A DNA stretch of 64,000 nt. Origin: Candidatus Bathyarchaeota archaeon. Its GTDB lineage: Archaea > Thermoproteota > Bathyarchaeia > TCS64. The notes beneath the pieces are model-generated. The model did no database searches and was not told the DNA's origin. It worked only from the letters and a program-made list of their open reading frames with translations. Shown one piece after another: positions 48,547 to 58,546 of this stretch (position 1 is its first letter; each line of letters opens with the position of its first letter). The stretch lies in the NCBI GenBank assembly GCA_963769425.1, contig CAVYLP010000003.1, positions 288,001-352,000 on the forward strand, read 5' to 3'. Made by a program: the position numbers and the translations under genes.

Positions 48547-49995
48547 ATGGAAGAGGAAAATTGGTCAAATTCCATACTCCCAATTCAAGAACATGACGCA
48601 GTGGTTGTGGGTATGGGTATGGCTGGTTTAGTAGCAGCGAATCGACTGAATGAATTAGGAGTCGACGTCTTAATCATAGATAAACAGCCAGATGGTTGGT
48701 GGATAGGCGGGGACGCCATCATAGCAGGTCAAGCTATCCACATATGTGGTCAAAGCCTAATGATGGAAGAGGACCAACTCTTAGAAATAATAAATAGACA
48801 CACAGGCTCCAAGGCAATCCCCGAGCTAAGTACTGCTTTGGTTAAAAACAGCCACCGAGCCATGGATTGGTTGATCGAGAAAGGCGTAGAATTTGAGGAA
48901 CCGCCAGGGCAGGAGAGAATAGTTAAGCCAAAAAAACCAGTTAGCGGGCCATGGGCATTAATCAAACCTGGCGCAATCTATGACTCCTCTAAATATGGCG
49001 GCTACAAGTCGATGAAGCTTCTCGAGTCGCACCTTAAGAAAAAAGGCGTAAAAATTCTATACGAAACTAAAGCTGAAAAGTTGCTGATTGATTCTAAGGG
49101 TGAAATCGTAGGAGTTTCGGCGAAGGGTAGGGACGGATTATTCAAGATCAAGGCCAGGGCTACGATACTTTGTACGGGGGGATTCCAGAGAAACAAGGAG
49201 ATGCTGTTGAGGTACATTGGTCCTCACGTAGACCAGGTGCCAGTGTTCAGTGAACCTGGAGCCACTGGAGACGGTATTTTAATGGCTTTAGAGGTGGGGG
49301 CAGCGACCAGATCCATGAATTACATGTCCTTCAACGCTTGGCCAGAAGCAGCTTGTACGAATGAGGATATTCAGTACCTAAACATCAATACCATTGGTGT
49401 GGAGGGTATTATTGTTAACAAGAACGGTGAGAGGTTCTGCGACGAATCATTGGGATGTAATATGTATGGCAGCGTTATGGCCAAGCTTTCATTAGACACT
49501 GTTGGATTAATGGTCATCGATGAGGAGATATATCGGCAGAAAGTGAAATCGGAGGTCGACTCTATCTCAGAATTTAAGGGAACAGTTTATTCTGCTAACA
49601 CAGTTGAGGAACTTGCTGAAAAGGCGGGTGTAAACCCATTTCTTGCTACTACTGTTGGCGAGTTCAATGAGGCAGTGGATGAGGGTAAGTGTTTGAAATT
49701 AAGGATCCCCAAGGCCGCGAACGTGAATAAAATAGCGTCGCCGCCTTTCTATGGTATCCCATTTACCTTGGGTCAGGTATCCACTCATGGTGGACTTCTT
49801 GTGAACGCGAAAGGTGAGGTTCTGGATAGAGACTTGAAAACGATTCCAGGGTTGTATGCTGCTGGCGCAGTTATGCAAGGAAGTCTTAGCGGTGGAAGTG
49901 AGAATAGGTACGCTTCCTATGTTGGCCATCTAGCTACCTGTTTAGTCTTTGGCATTTTAAGCGCCGAAAACGTGTGTGAGCGGTTAAAGATATGA
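48547..49995 (+). CDS. FAD-binding flavoprotein (fumarate reductase/TcuA/KstD-like)
   Basis: VVGMGMAG, LCTGGF, TGDG, VNKNGERF, THGGL, IPGLYAAG. Confidence 0.88.
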   Translation: MEEENWSNSILPIQEHDAVVVGMGMAGLVAANRLNELGVDVLIIDKQPDGWWIGGDAIIAGQAIHICGQSLMMEEDQLLEIINRHTGSKAIPELSTALVKNSHRAMDWLIEKGVEFEEPPGQERIVKPKKPVSGPWALIKPGAIYDSSKYGGYKSMKLLESHLKKKGVKILYETKAEKLLIDSKGEIVGVSAKGRDGLFKIKARATILCTGGFQRNKEMLLRYIGPHVDQVPVFSEPGATGDGILMALEVGAATRSMNYMSFNAWPEAACTNEDIQYLNINTIGVEGIIVNKNGERFCDESLGCNMYGSVMAKLSLDTVGLMVIDEEIYRQKVKSEVDSISEFKGTVYSANTVEELAEKAGVNPFLATTVGEFNEAVDEGKCLKLRIPKAANVNKIASPPFYGIPFTLGQVSTHGGLLVNAKGEVLDRDLKTIPGLYAAGAVMQGSLSGGSENRYASYVGHLATCLVFGILSAENVCERLKI

Positions 49996-50225
49996 GAATA
50001 AAAGTGAAGGTGCTAACTAGTCACGTGCACATATCGCGCGCACATTTTTTTTAGCCAGAGCCTACGGATTCAGAAACAAGACAACAATACGCGTGAAATT
50101 CTTAATCTAGAATTTTTAGGTTATTGAAAGCTCCTTGATGGCCTCACCTTCGCTCGGCAAATGTGTTTTCTTGAAGATTTATGCGATGGTCGGGCGATGT
50201 CAAGAGTCTTGTAGGACGCGCGCGC

Positions 50226-50746
50226 CTGCCGGGGCTCAAGGTGGCGGCCTCAATGGCGTTTGGTTTCCTCCTCGTCTTCGTCGTCGTTGGCATCGTCCCC
50301 TTGCTGCTCCTATACGAGTTCCTCAAATGGGTCTGGGTTCTGGAGCCGACGATCGGCGTCATTCTGATAGTCCTGGGTTTGTTGGCGGGTTGAACGAGAG
50401 CAATGGAGCGATTACCTAGCATCGCCTTTGATGACAAGCAAGCGTGTCATTCCTATGCTATGGAGTGGTGTACGGGTTCGCCTCGCTGGGGTGCAGCCTC
50501 TCGATTTTCCTGCTAGTGGTCCTCCAAGGCGCAGTCGCGACCGAGATAGGCGAAATATTCACCCTCTTCGCCGCATATAGCGCGGGTGCCGCCGTCCTCA
50601 TCGTACCGTTCACAATCTCGCTCTCCCTCGCCATGGGGCTCATACACGAACAACTCGTCAAAATCCTGCTCCACACCAAGAAAATAAACGGACTCGTCCT
50701 CATCCTAGCCGGGGCCTACATGCTCTACGCGGGGCTAACTCGTTAG
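50226..50746 (+). pseudogene. Cytochrome c biogenesis CcdA-like remnant (5'-truncated, internal stop and frameshift)
   Basis: GFLLVF..., YGFASLGCSL, NGLVLILAGAY fragments. Confidence 0.65.
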
Positions 50747-50778
50747 TTTTATCACCTATGCTGCCCCAAGGTGAGGCA

Positions 50779-52071
50779 ATGGGGAAGCGGATAGTACTCG
50801 TGGGGGCGGGGAGCGCCGTCTTCGGCTACGACTCCGTCCTCGACGCCGTCAACCTCCCCGGGCTAAAGGGCTCGAACCTCGTCCTCCACGACATCGACGA
50901 GGCGCGCTTAGCCTCGATGACTAGCCTAGCCCTGATGATGAACGAGGAGACTGGGGCTAACCTGGAGATAGAGGAGACGATGGATAGGGAGGAGGCCTTG
51001 GACGGCGCGGACTTCGTGGTTCTCAGCATCGCGCTGGAAAGGATGCGGCGCTGGAGGATGGACTGGGAGATTCCATTCAAGCACGGGATCAAGCAGGTGA
51101 TCGGGGAGAACGGCGGCCCCGGCGGCCTCTTCCACACGATGCGGATGGTCCCGCCCGTGCTCAAGGTCTGCCACGACATGGAGCTATACTGCCCCGACGC
51201 TCTCCTGCTCAACTACACGAACCCAGTCCCAAGGGTCTGCCTCGCCATAAACAGATACACGAGTATAAGGTCCGTGGGGCTCTGCCACGAGGTGGAGCAG
51301 CAGATGAGACGCCTCGCCCCAATAATCGGCGTCCCCACCCTACTCCTCGACGCCACAAGCGCTGGCCTCAACCACTTCAGCTGGTTCACCGAGCTCAGCC
51401 TGAAGAACGGCGACGATGCCTATCCCCTCCTCGACAAGGGGCTGAGGAACGTGAAGGGCTTCCAGCCACTTTGCAGGGCTCTCTACAGAAAGTTCGGCCT
51501 CTACCCTAGCACGGATGATAATCATGCTGGGGAGTACCTCGCCTACGCGTGGGAGTCATGCCATCCCGAAGACAGGGGGCTAAACTGGATCGACCGGATG
51601 GAGACCGAGGGGGAGGAGGCGTGGGTCAAGATGACCCGCCTCAAGGAAGGAAGGGACAAGCTCGACGCGAAGGGCAAGCTATCCGGCGAGGGGGCCATGA
51701 GGATCATTGAGGGGATCATCACCAACTCGGGCCACACGGAAATGCAGGTGAACCTCCCCAACGAGGGGCAGTTATCAAATCTGCTCCCCGACGCCGTCGT
51801 CGAGACCCCCGCCGTCGTCAACAGGAGCGGCGTCCACCCCATACACGTCGGCTTCCTACCACCTGGCCTCGCGGCTATCTGCAACATTCAGATCTTAGTA
51901 CAGGGGTTAGTCGTGGACGCGGCGGTAAACGGCGATGTGAAGAAGGCGATGCAGGCTATGCTCGCCGACCCCGTCGTGCAAGACAACTTAGCGGCGGAGA
52001 AGGCCTTCAGGGAACTGTTCGCTGCCCACAGGGACCTGCTCCCGCAGTTCGCCCAAGAACTCAATAGCTAG
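50779..52071 (+). CDS. Glycoside hydrolase family 4 (alpha-galactosidase-like)
   Basis: VGAGSAVF, GENGGPGG, LNYTNP, GLCHE, AGLNH. Confidence 0.9.
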   Translation: MGKRIVLVGAGSAVFGYDSVLDAVNLPGLKGSNLVLHDIDEARLASMTSLALMMNEETGANLEIEETMDREEALDGADFVVLSIALERMRRWRMDWEIPFKHGIKQVIGENGGPGGLFHTMRMVPPVLKVCHDMELYCPDALLLNYTNPVPRVCLAINRYTSIRSVGLCHEVEQQMRRLAPIIGVPTLLLDATSAGLNHFSWFTELSLKNGDDAYPLLDKGLRNVKGFQPLCRALYRKFGLYPSTDDNHAGEYLAYAWESCHPEDRGLNWIDRMETEGEEAWVKMTRLKEGRDKLDAKGKLSGEGAMRIIEGIITNSGHTEMQVNLPNEGQLSNLLPDAVVETPAVVNRSGVHPIHVGFLPPGLAAICNIQILVQGLVVDAAVNGDVKKAMQAMLADPVVQDNLAAEKAFRELFAAHRDLLPQFAQELNS

Positions 52072-52151
52072 TCCCCGTATCTTAAGGTTCACAGACTCCA
52101 ACTAGACAAGTCTTTTACGGATAAGCCCCGTATTCTTCAGCGGTCACCGAT

Positions 52152-53024
52152 TTGTCGGGAATGGATACGATGGTTCAACTAAGGGAGGGCGGAGGGTTAA
52201 GGAAGCCCACCGGCCTGCCCAAGATAGACTACCACTGCCACATCAGTATAACCGAGTACACGGACCCCGCACACCCAACGATAATCTCGGTCAGCGTCGA
52301 GGAGTTCCTCGCCGACCTCGACGAGGCGGGGATAGAGAAGGCCGTCGTCCTCAGCGACATGCGCACGACGCCGCAGCAAGTCGCCGCTTTCGTCAAGCAG
52401 GCGCCGGATAGGCTCATGGGCTTCGGATACGTCAACCCAATCCTCCGCGGCGCTGCGAAGGAGCTACGGAGGCAGCGTGAGGAACTCGGGCTGTTCGGCC
52501 TGAAGCTCTACCCGTGCACGGACAGTTACAGCCCCGACGACCCCAACGCCTTCGAGGTCTACGACGTGGCGCAGGAGCTAAGCATGCCTGTACTCATCCA
52601 CCATGCGGGGATGCCAGAGGCACACGACCTCCTCACCCACACCGACCCAGCCCAGATAGATGTCGTCGCAAAGAATTTCCCTAAGATGAGGATGATCCTC
52701 GCACACCTCGGCTACCCACGCGTCGACGAGACCCTATATGTCCTGAGGAAGCACAAGAACGTCTACGCTGACATCAGTTGGCCCTACGGAAATATCAACC
52801 ACCCGAGCTATCTCTGGCTCCTCTGGAGGGACCTACTCACAGCATTGAACATGGGGGTACTGCAGAAGTTGGTCTTCGGCACCGACTACCCGGGCATCAG
52901 ACAGAAGCCCTACCTCGACATGCTCATGTCGGTTAACCGGTACGCGCCCCATAGAGATCTCCAGATCCCAGCGGAGAGGCTATGGGCGATGCTGGACGAG
53001 AACGTCCAGCCCCTGCTTCCCTAG
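52152..53024 (+). CDS. Amidohydrolase_2 family protein
   Basis: IDYHCH, GLKLYP, IHHAG, LAHLG, FGTDYP. Confidence 0.88.
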   Translation: MSGMDTMVQLREGGGLRKPTGLPKIDYHCHISITEYTDPAHPTIISVSVEEFLADLDEAGIEKAVVLSDMRTTPQQVAAFVKQAPDRLMGFGYVNPILRGAAKELRRQREELGLFGLKLYPCTDSYSPDDPNAFEVYDVAQELSMPVLIHHAGMPEAHDLLTHTDPAQIDVVAKNFPKMRMILAHLGYPRVDETLYVLRKHKNVYADISWPYGNINHPSYLWLLWRDLLTALNMGVLQKLVFGTDYPGIRQKPYLDMLMSVNRYAPHRDLQIPAERLWAMLDENVQPLLP

Positions 53025-54541
53025 ACGAGCCTCATCTTCCCGTCGACTGCGTCCTCAACCACGTAAGGTATGTAAGGGATGAGGTCCTGAGCCTCTATGT
53101 GGTACCCCTTATCTGAGTAGACGGCGTCTCCGGCCGCCCCGTTTATGAAGGCCCCCGCGCACGCAGCCTGCATCGGAGAAGAGCCTTGGGCGATATAACC
53201 CGCTGTTATACCAGAAAGCACATCACCTGTCCCGCCCACCGTCATCCCCGGGTTCCCCGTCCAGTTAAAGCGGGTGTGGATTCCATCGCTAACTACATCG
53301 ACTGACCCTTTGAGGAGAATGACCGAGCCGAGCCTTTTCGCCTCCTCTTCGACGATTATTCCCTTCTCTCTCCAATCCCCCTCGGCCTTCCGGCCGGTGA
53401 GCACTTCGAACTCTCTACTGTGGGGTGTGAAGACGGCCGGCACCTTGAGCCTACGTCTCCTCTCACCGAAGGCCTTGAGGCCGTCGGCGTCTACGAGCAT
53501 GGGTAGCGACCTCGCCTCGGCTGCTTTGATGAGCTTGAGCGTCGCATTTTTTGTCTCCTCGTGGAGGCCGAGGCCGGGTCCGAGGGCGACGGCGTCAACT
53601 TTTTCGAGGAAGGGCTCGAGCTGAGTGAGGTTCTTCGAAGTTAGCCTCTCGCCCTTTAGCTTCACGACTATCATGCTGGGCGAGGATGCGGCGACGGCCT
53701 CGGCTGCGGTCTCCGGGACGGCAGTGTAGACGAGGTCCACTCCGGTGGCCTGTGCCCCCATCGAGGTCAGAGCGGGGGCGCCGTGGTAGGTCTCACTCCC
53801 GCCGACGACGAGTAACCTCCCGAACATCCCCTTGTGGCTCTCCGCGTCACGTCTCCGGTGGACAAGGAGGACGTCGCCGGGTCCCGTGAAGAGCTCCGCC
53901 TCCGGGGGTAGCCCAAGCCTCACAACAATAAGCTTGCCCAGTTGCGGCGGCTTCCCCTTGAATCCGATCTTCGGTTTGTGGAACGTGACCGTGACGTCTG
54001 CTTCGACGCACTCCTCCGGGGCCTCGCCTGTGTCGACGACAAGCCCGGTGGGAGTGTCGACGGATACCGTGTATGCAGGGGAGGCATTTATAGCGCGTAT
54101 CATGGCGACGTTGACAGGACTCAGTCCTCCACGGTACGTGTAGCCGATCAGGGCGTCCACGATGGCATCCGCCTCGATGGGTCTCACTTGCGAGGAGTCA
54201 TCGACGACCTGGAGAGAGAGGCCCCCGCCCATGAGTTGGGCGACCTCGTAGTTGTGACGCGTCTCATCGGAGCGGATCGAGCTCGGGCACCCGACCAGCG
54301 CCGCTTCGACCTTGTAGCCTCTCCCCGCAAGGTGACGTGCGGCGACGAAGCCATCTCCCCCGTTCCCGCCGAGGCCACAGGCGACGAAAACCCGACTACC
54401 GGGTTTCACCTTCGCGGCGACAGCGTCCGCAACAGCGCCCCCAGCGCTTTCCATAAGCAGAAGGTTCGAGACGCCAAGGTAGTTCGCGTTGTACTCAGCG
54501 GCCTGTATCTCACGCATCGTCAGGTAGTCGTCGAGGATCAT
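53021..54541 (-). CDS. nnr: Bifunctional NAD(P)HX epimerase/dehydratase
   Basis: LMESAG, GGNGGDG; HKGMFG, GPGLG, VDADG, TPH..EF, GGTGDVLSG. Confidence 0.93.
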   Translation of the reverse strand: MILDDYLTMREIQAAEYNANYLGVSNLLLMESAGGAVADAVAAKVKPGSRVFVACGLGGNGGDGFVAARHLAGRGYKVEAALVGCPSSIRSDETRHNYEVAQLMGGGLSLQVVDDSSQVRPIEADAIVDALIGYTYRGGLSPVNVAMIRAINASPAYTVSVDTPTGLVVDTGEAPEECVEADVTVTFHKPKIGFKGKPPQLGKLIVVRLGLPPEAELFTGPGDVLLVHRRRDAESHKGMFGRLLVVGGSETYHGAPALTSMGAQATGVDLVYTAVPETAAEAVAASSPSMIVVKLKGERLTSKNLTQLEPFLEKVDAVALGPGLGLHEETKNATLKLIKAAEARSLPMLVDADGLKAFGERRRRLKVPAVFTPHSREFEVLTGRKAEGDWREKGIIVEEEAKRLGSVILLKGSVDVVSDGIHTRFNWTGNPGMTVGGTGDVLSGITAGYIAQGSSPMQAACAGAFINGAAGDAVYSDKGYHIEAQDLIPYIPYVVEDAVDGKMRLV

Positions 54542-54581
54542 AGCAGCTCTGATCCTCCTATGATTCTTGAGGTTTTAAGAC

Positions 54582-55319
54582 TCACGGGTGTGCTGCGAGG
54601 TCGGCGACAGATGAGAGGCGGTGAACGCCTCGGGTTTTCTCCACATTAGCTGGTCCCACGATTATAGAGGAAGGAAAACCGGCTGCCTCCGCAGCCTCAG
54701 CATCCACTGACTGATCCCCGACGTAGACCGCTTCCGACGGACTGAATCCAGCTTTCTTACATGCTACGAGGAGGAGGTCCGGCGAGGGCTTAGGATTAAG
54801 GGTGTCCTCCGAGCCGGCCACGACCCCAAACAAGTCTCTGATCTTCAGTATCTTGAGCAGCTCCTCGGTGATGACGGTTGACCCATTCGTGGCTATTCCG
54901 AGTGAGAATCCGGCCTCCCTGACTCGACGTAAACCCGCCTCTGTTCCGGGGAATAATCGGGGGGTGTAATCCCTCATCTGGATTGTGTCAGCGTCGGTAT
55001 ATGCTAACTCGGCCAGTTTCCTAGCCTCGTGCCAACCATGCCCAATAGTGTAGATAGCTGCCGCAGCGATGGCCATGTCCTCCCTCCGCGCGGCCTTCGC
55101 GATCGCGCCTGTCATGTCGATGACCTTCTTCTTCGGGTCGTATCCACCGAGCGGCGCCCAGACCTCAGCGGCGGCGCGGCCCGCCCTCGCGACGAGGGCA
55201 TCGAACCGAAGGGCCGCGAGGCTCTTGTATCGGTCCGCATCGTCCACAAGCGTTCCGTCAACATCGAACAGAACTAGCTTGACCCTGAGCTCATCACCAT
55301 CGACCACAAGCGCCAGCAT
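54582..55319 (-). CDS. HAD-family hydrolase
   Basis: FDVDGTL, IATN, KPSP, VGD. Confidence 0.88.
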   Translation of the reverse strand: MLALVVDGDELRVKLVLFDVDGTLVDDADRYKSLAALRFDALVARAGRAAAEVWAPLGGYDPKKKVIDMTGAIAKAARREDMAIAAAAIYTIGHGWHEARKLAELAYTDADTIQMRDYTPRLFPGTEAGLRRVREAGFSLGIATNGSTVITEELLKILKIRDLFGVVAGSEDTLNPKPSPDLLLVACKKAGFSPSEAVYVGDQSVDAEAAEAAGFPSSIIVGPANVEKTRGVHRLSSVADLAAHP

Positions 55320-55412
55320 ATGTCAACCACTCGTCCAAGGACTTGCTGATCTAGCTCACAACTGGTAACTTTTAAGTACCTTCGTCCCTAAGCTGTATCT
55401 GGGAACACAGTA

Positions 55413-55640
55413 ATGGCAACGGCATTCGTGTTGATAAACGCGGAGATCGGCGCGGAGACCGAGGTGCTGAAGGGGCTCAAGGACATCAAAGAGGTCAGAG
55501 AAGCCCACATGGTCTACGGAGTCTACGACATCATCGCACGCATCGAGACAGACACGATGCAGGAGCTCAAAGACATCATAAGCTGGAAGATCAGGCGCCT
55601 CGACAAGGTGCGCAGCACGCTGACGATGATTGTGGTCTGA
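55413..55640 (+). CDS. Stand-alone Lrp/AsnC ligand-binding domain protein
   Basis: AFVLIN...VYGVYD...VRSTLTMIV. Confidence 0.9.
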   Translation: MATAFVLINAEIGAETEVLKGLKDIKEVREAHMVYGVYDIIARIETDTMQELKDIISWKIRRLDKVRSTLTMIVV

Positions 55641-55841
55641 TACAATACACGACGATTAACATTTTTATGTTAACCCATTCACTTAATTAGGGTATTTCTA
55701 CTCGGTGGGTGTTCTCCCTTAGGCGATGTATATATGAATAAAACTAATATAATGGGACTAATTGTTTCAATTTAGTCGAACATCCCCATAAAAACCGAAT
55801 AAGCTATTAAACCTCGGTGTGGAATTTATCCTGAATAGATA

Positions 55842-56192
55842 ATGGCTAAGGAAATAGTGTCTGGAAACCTCGAGGGTCAGAAATTAAGATTACAAGTCTA
55901 TAAACATGAAGATTTGAGTCCGATCTATGCAGATGGTGCATTCATAAAACCCGCTAATGGAAGAGCTCTCATTCTAGACTTTTTTTCAGGCGAATACCCT
56001 TACGTCGATCAGACCGGGAGGTTAAAAGCAGATGGAACGGGGGATGCAATTGTAAATGAAGTTCCAGAAGAATTTATCTATATTAGAACGATCCATTCAT
56101 CAATAGTGTTAACACTTGAAAATGCAGAAGTATTAAAAAATCAATTAGAAGAAAATATAAAGGCTTTAAAAGCACAAATTAAGGTTGATTAA
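55842..56192 (+). CDS. DUF3467-like small protein
   Basis: PIYADGA...LILDF...SIVLTLENAEVLKNQLEENI pattern; AT-rich. Confidence 0.55.
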   Translation: MAKEIVSGNLEGQKLRLQVYKHEDLSPIYADGAFIKPANGRALILDFFSGEYPYVDQTGRLKADGTGDAIVNEVPEEFIYIRTIHSSIVLTLENAEVLKNQLEENIKALKAQIKVD

Positions 56193-56194
56193 AA

Positions 56195-56545
56195 TTGGAA
56201 CAATTTATATCTTTAGATAATCAGCGTGGAGTAGAAGTTCCTACTAAGATTCCGAAACCATATACATTTGATGAGAAGTTAAGCGTTTTTCAAAAAGTTG
56301 TAATTGAGAACATGGTTAATCCGAATTTATCTCAGCAAACATATTTCAACATAAAATTAATTACTTTAAGACCAGAGTTCTTTAATAAAAACTTGATAAT
56401 GCCGGTGCAAAATGCAATAAAAGGGCTGGAAAGTGAAGATATTCTTAACATGGTTCAATGTGTTTCAATTAAATCATTAAAATCATTAGTTGAAAAGGAT
56501 AATGACATTTATTCGGAAGAGGATGTTAAGGCAAGATATGTATGA
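56195..56545 (+). CDS. Probable antitoxin
   Basis: Acidic C-terminus DNDIYSEEDV; overlaps the toxin start (ATGA). Confidence 0.55.
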   Translation: MEQFISLDNQRGVEVPTKIPKPYTFDEKLSVFQKVVIENMVNPNLSQQTYFNIKLITLRPEFFNKNLIMPVQNAIKGLESEDILNMVQCVSIKSLKSLVEKDNDIYSEEDVKARYV

Positions 56546-56877
56546 AAGGAGATATTATATTACTACAGTTTCCATATACGGATGATCTAAGTAAATATAA
56601 AATAAGACCTTCGTTAGTTTTATATGATAATGGACTTGATGTTACTGCTGCTTATATTAGTTCAAAAGAAGAAAAATATGATCCAAAATGTCATTTATTA
56701 ATCGAACAAACTCATGCAGAATATCCAATGACTGGTTTAAAAGAAGATTCCATTATTAGGCTTGATAAAATATTTACCTTGGATCATTCTTACATTAAAG
56801 GGTGGAGGGGTAAGCTAGGAACATCTATAAAAACAGAGTTTAATAGACTTTTTTCCCACTTGTATTACATACCCTAA
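56542..56877 (+). CDS. PemK/MazF family endoribonuclease toxin
   Basis: MKGDIILLQFPYTD...KIRPSLV, TGLKEDSIIRLDKIFT. Confidence 0.88.
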   Translation: MKGDIILLQFPYTDDLSKYKIRPSLVLYDNGLDVTAAYISSKEEKYDPKCHLLIEQTHAEYPMTGLKEDSIIRLDKIFTLDHSYIKGWRGKLGTSIKTEFNRLFSHLYYIP

Positions 56878-57158
56878 ATCAATCTAATTGCATTATCTTT
56901 AATATATTCACCTCCAGCTCGTTTACAGATTGAACAAAAGCCTACTCTTTTGTTTGCTTCGTTGTGCTTGTCTTACTGGCTTTTAATTGATGCTGGGCTT
57001 CTGTCCTTGAGTGCTGCTATCTTACCCATCGAGATCTTGTCGTTGAGGTAGAGCTTCAGGATCTCAACATGCTCCTCATCTCCGATGGTATTGAAGGCTC
57101 CCCTCTCCTCACAATACTTGAGCTCCCTAGTCTTGATGATTTTATCCAGTTGCTTCAA
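56874..57158 (-). pseudogene. HTH + CxxC protein with premature stop
   Basis: SMGKIAALKDRSPASIKSQ* continues in frame DKHNEANKRVGFCSICKR. Confidence 0.55.
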
Positions 57159-57258
57159 AAGACATGTGCTGAAAAACTACCATGAATAGCATAATCTAGT
57201 GATCCCTTCTTTGGCCCTCTGCGTGTTTTGCTATTGATCAAGGTCTAGTTCTCGTAGC

Positions 57259-57520
57259 TCATCTGTTTTCATCTTCTAGGGGCGCGTCGGGTTTTGGCGT
57301 AGCCACGTCGGTTATGAATAATGGAAGTAGGCTATCGATCGCTTTCTCTTTCTCAGTGTAGGCTACCTTATCAGCCCACTCTAGGAGGACGTTAACAAGG
57401 CTCCGGTATGGTTGAGTTACTCCCCTGATCTTTATCTCAAGAACCTCATGGAGTAGCGTCTCCATGGCGTCCTCTGGATCCTTATCATAGACTAGGATTA
57501 GTACAATTGATATGATAGTC
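57259..57520 (-). pseudogene. 5'-truncated hypothetical protein remnant
   Basis: ILVYDKDPEDAMETLLHEVLE...; frame continues upstream of the Met with no start. Confidence 0.4.
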
Positions 57521-57564
57521 GTCTAAAACCGCTACTTTTCAGCTGGCCTTTTTAGGTCGGCTTC

Positions 57565-58047
57565 TTAGAGCTTAAAACTCATTTTAAGACCCATTACTTC
57601 ATCGTTCTCCATTACTAGGCGTTCTTTCCCGAAGCTCCAGCGGGGGAAATGGCTGAGGACATCCATACCTAGTAGACTGAAGACGAGTTCCTTGGGGAGG
57701 GGCGCATAGTTGGGCCCCGGGGGGAGGACGGCGAGGTTCTCCATCGGGAATGTCACGTAAGCGCGCTTGTTATCCAAGAGACCAACCTGGACGGGGAGAA
57801 CTACCTCCGCATTATGGATGACCTTGAGGTTAACGGGACCATTAGCAGTTACTATGGTCTTCGTGACTGTTTGGAGGTCTCCATGCTCGATTCTGAGCCT
57901 CATGACGTCATCGGGTAGTATGCATGAGTTACTGCATCCTGTGTCTACGAGGAAGGTGATGGGTTGGTTGATGTGATTCGGCGAATACCTGATATACCCC
58001 TCGACTCGGGCTTGCTTTAGCTTGTCTATGCGCCCTATGAGTCTCAT
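57565..58047 (-). CDS. Retropepsin-like (clan AA) aspartic protease
   Basis: FLVDTG and LLGMDVL motifs. Confidence 0.82.
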   Translation of the reverse strand: MRLIGRIDKLKQARVEGYIRYSPNHINQPITFLVDTGCSNSCILPDDVMRLRIEHGDLQTVTKTIVTANGPVNLKVIHNAEVVLPVQVGLLDNKRAYVTFPMENLAVLPPGPNYAPLPKELVFSLLGMDVLSHFPRWSFGKERLVMENDEVMGLKMSFKL

Positions 58048-58546
58048 AGCACCCGTAAATTTATTACTAACAACCTTATAGAACTTTTTATTATCACAAT
58101 ACCAGATTATAATGAAAAACACCATATGTATGATATATAATATCTCATCTAATGATCCGCTCAGTATCATTGTGCGAAAATTTCATCACAGAACTCATCA
58201 AATGGACTTTTTCACAAGATCATCTCTTCAAATCCAGATAAACTATCATTAATTACTCCCTAAAGATTAACCTACATAAAGACTATAATATTAAAAATGA
58301 ATTCTCAGGTAAAACACTCAAACCACATTAAACCTAGGCTAAATTAGTCGCGGCAATATTAATTTTAGGAATATCTGCAGGTTATATGTATTTTAACAAA
58401 CAGACTCAATCGGTGAACACGGGTCAAGAAGGGAACTCGTTGCTCAATTTTTAGAGGAGTTTCATAAGATGAGGGGCTTACAAGTTACATTATTTGAAAA
58501 AGATATGGTTTAAAAGAGCTTCAATCATCAATCGAAGCGAACCCTG

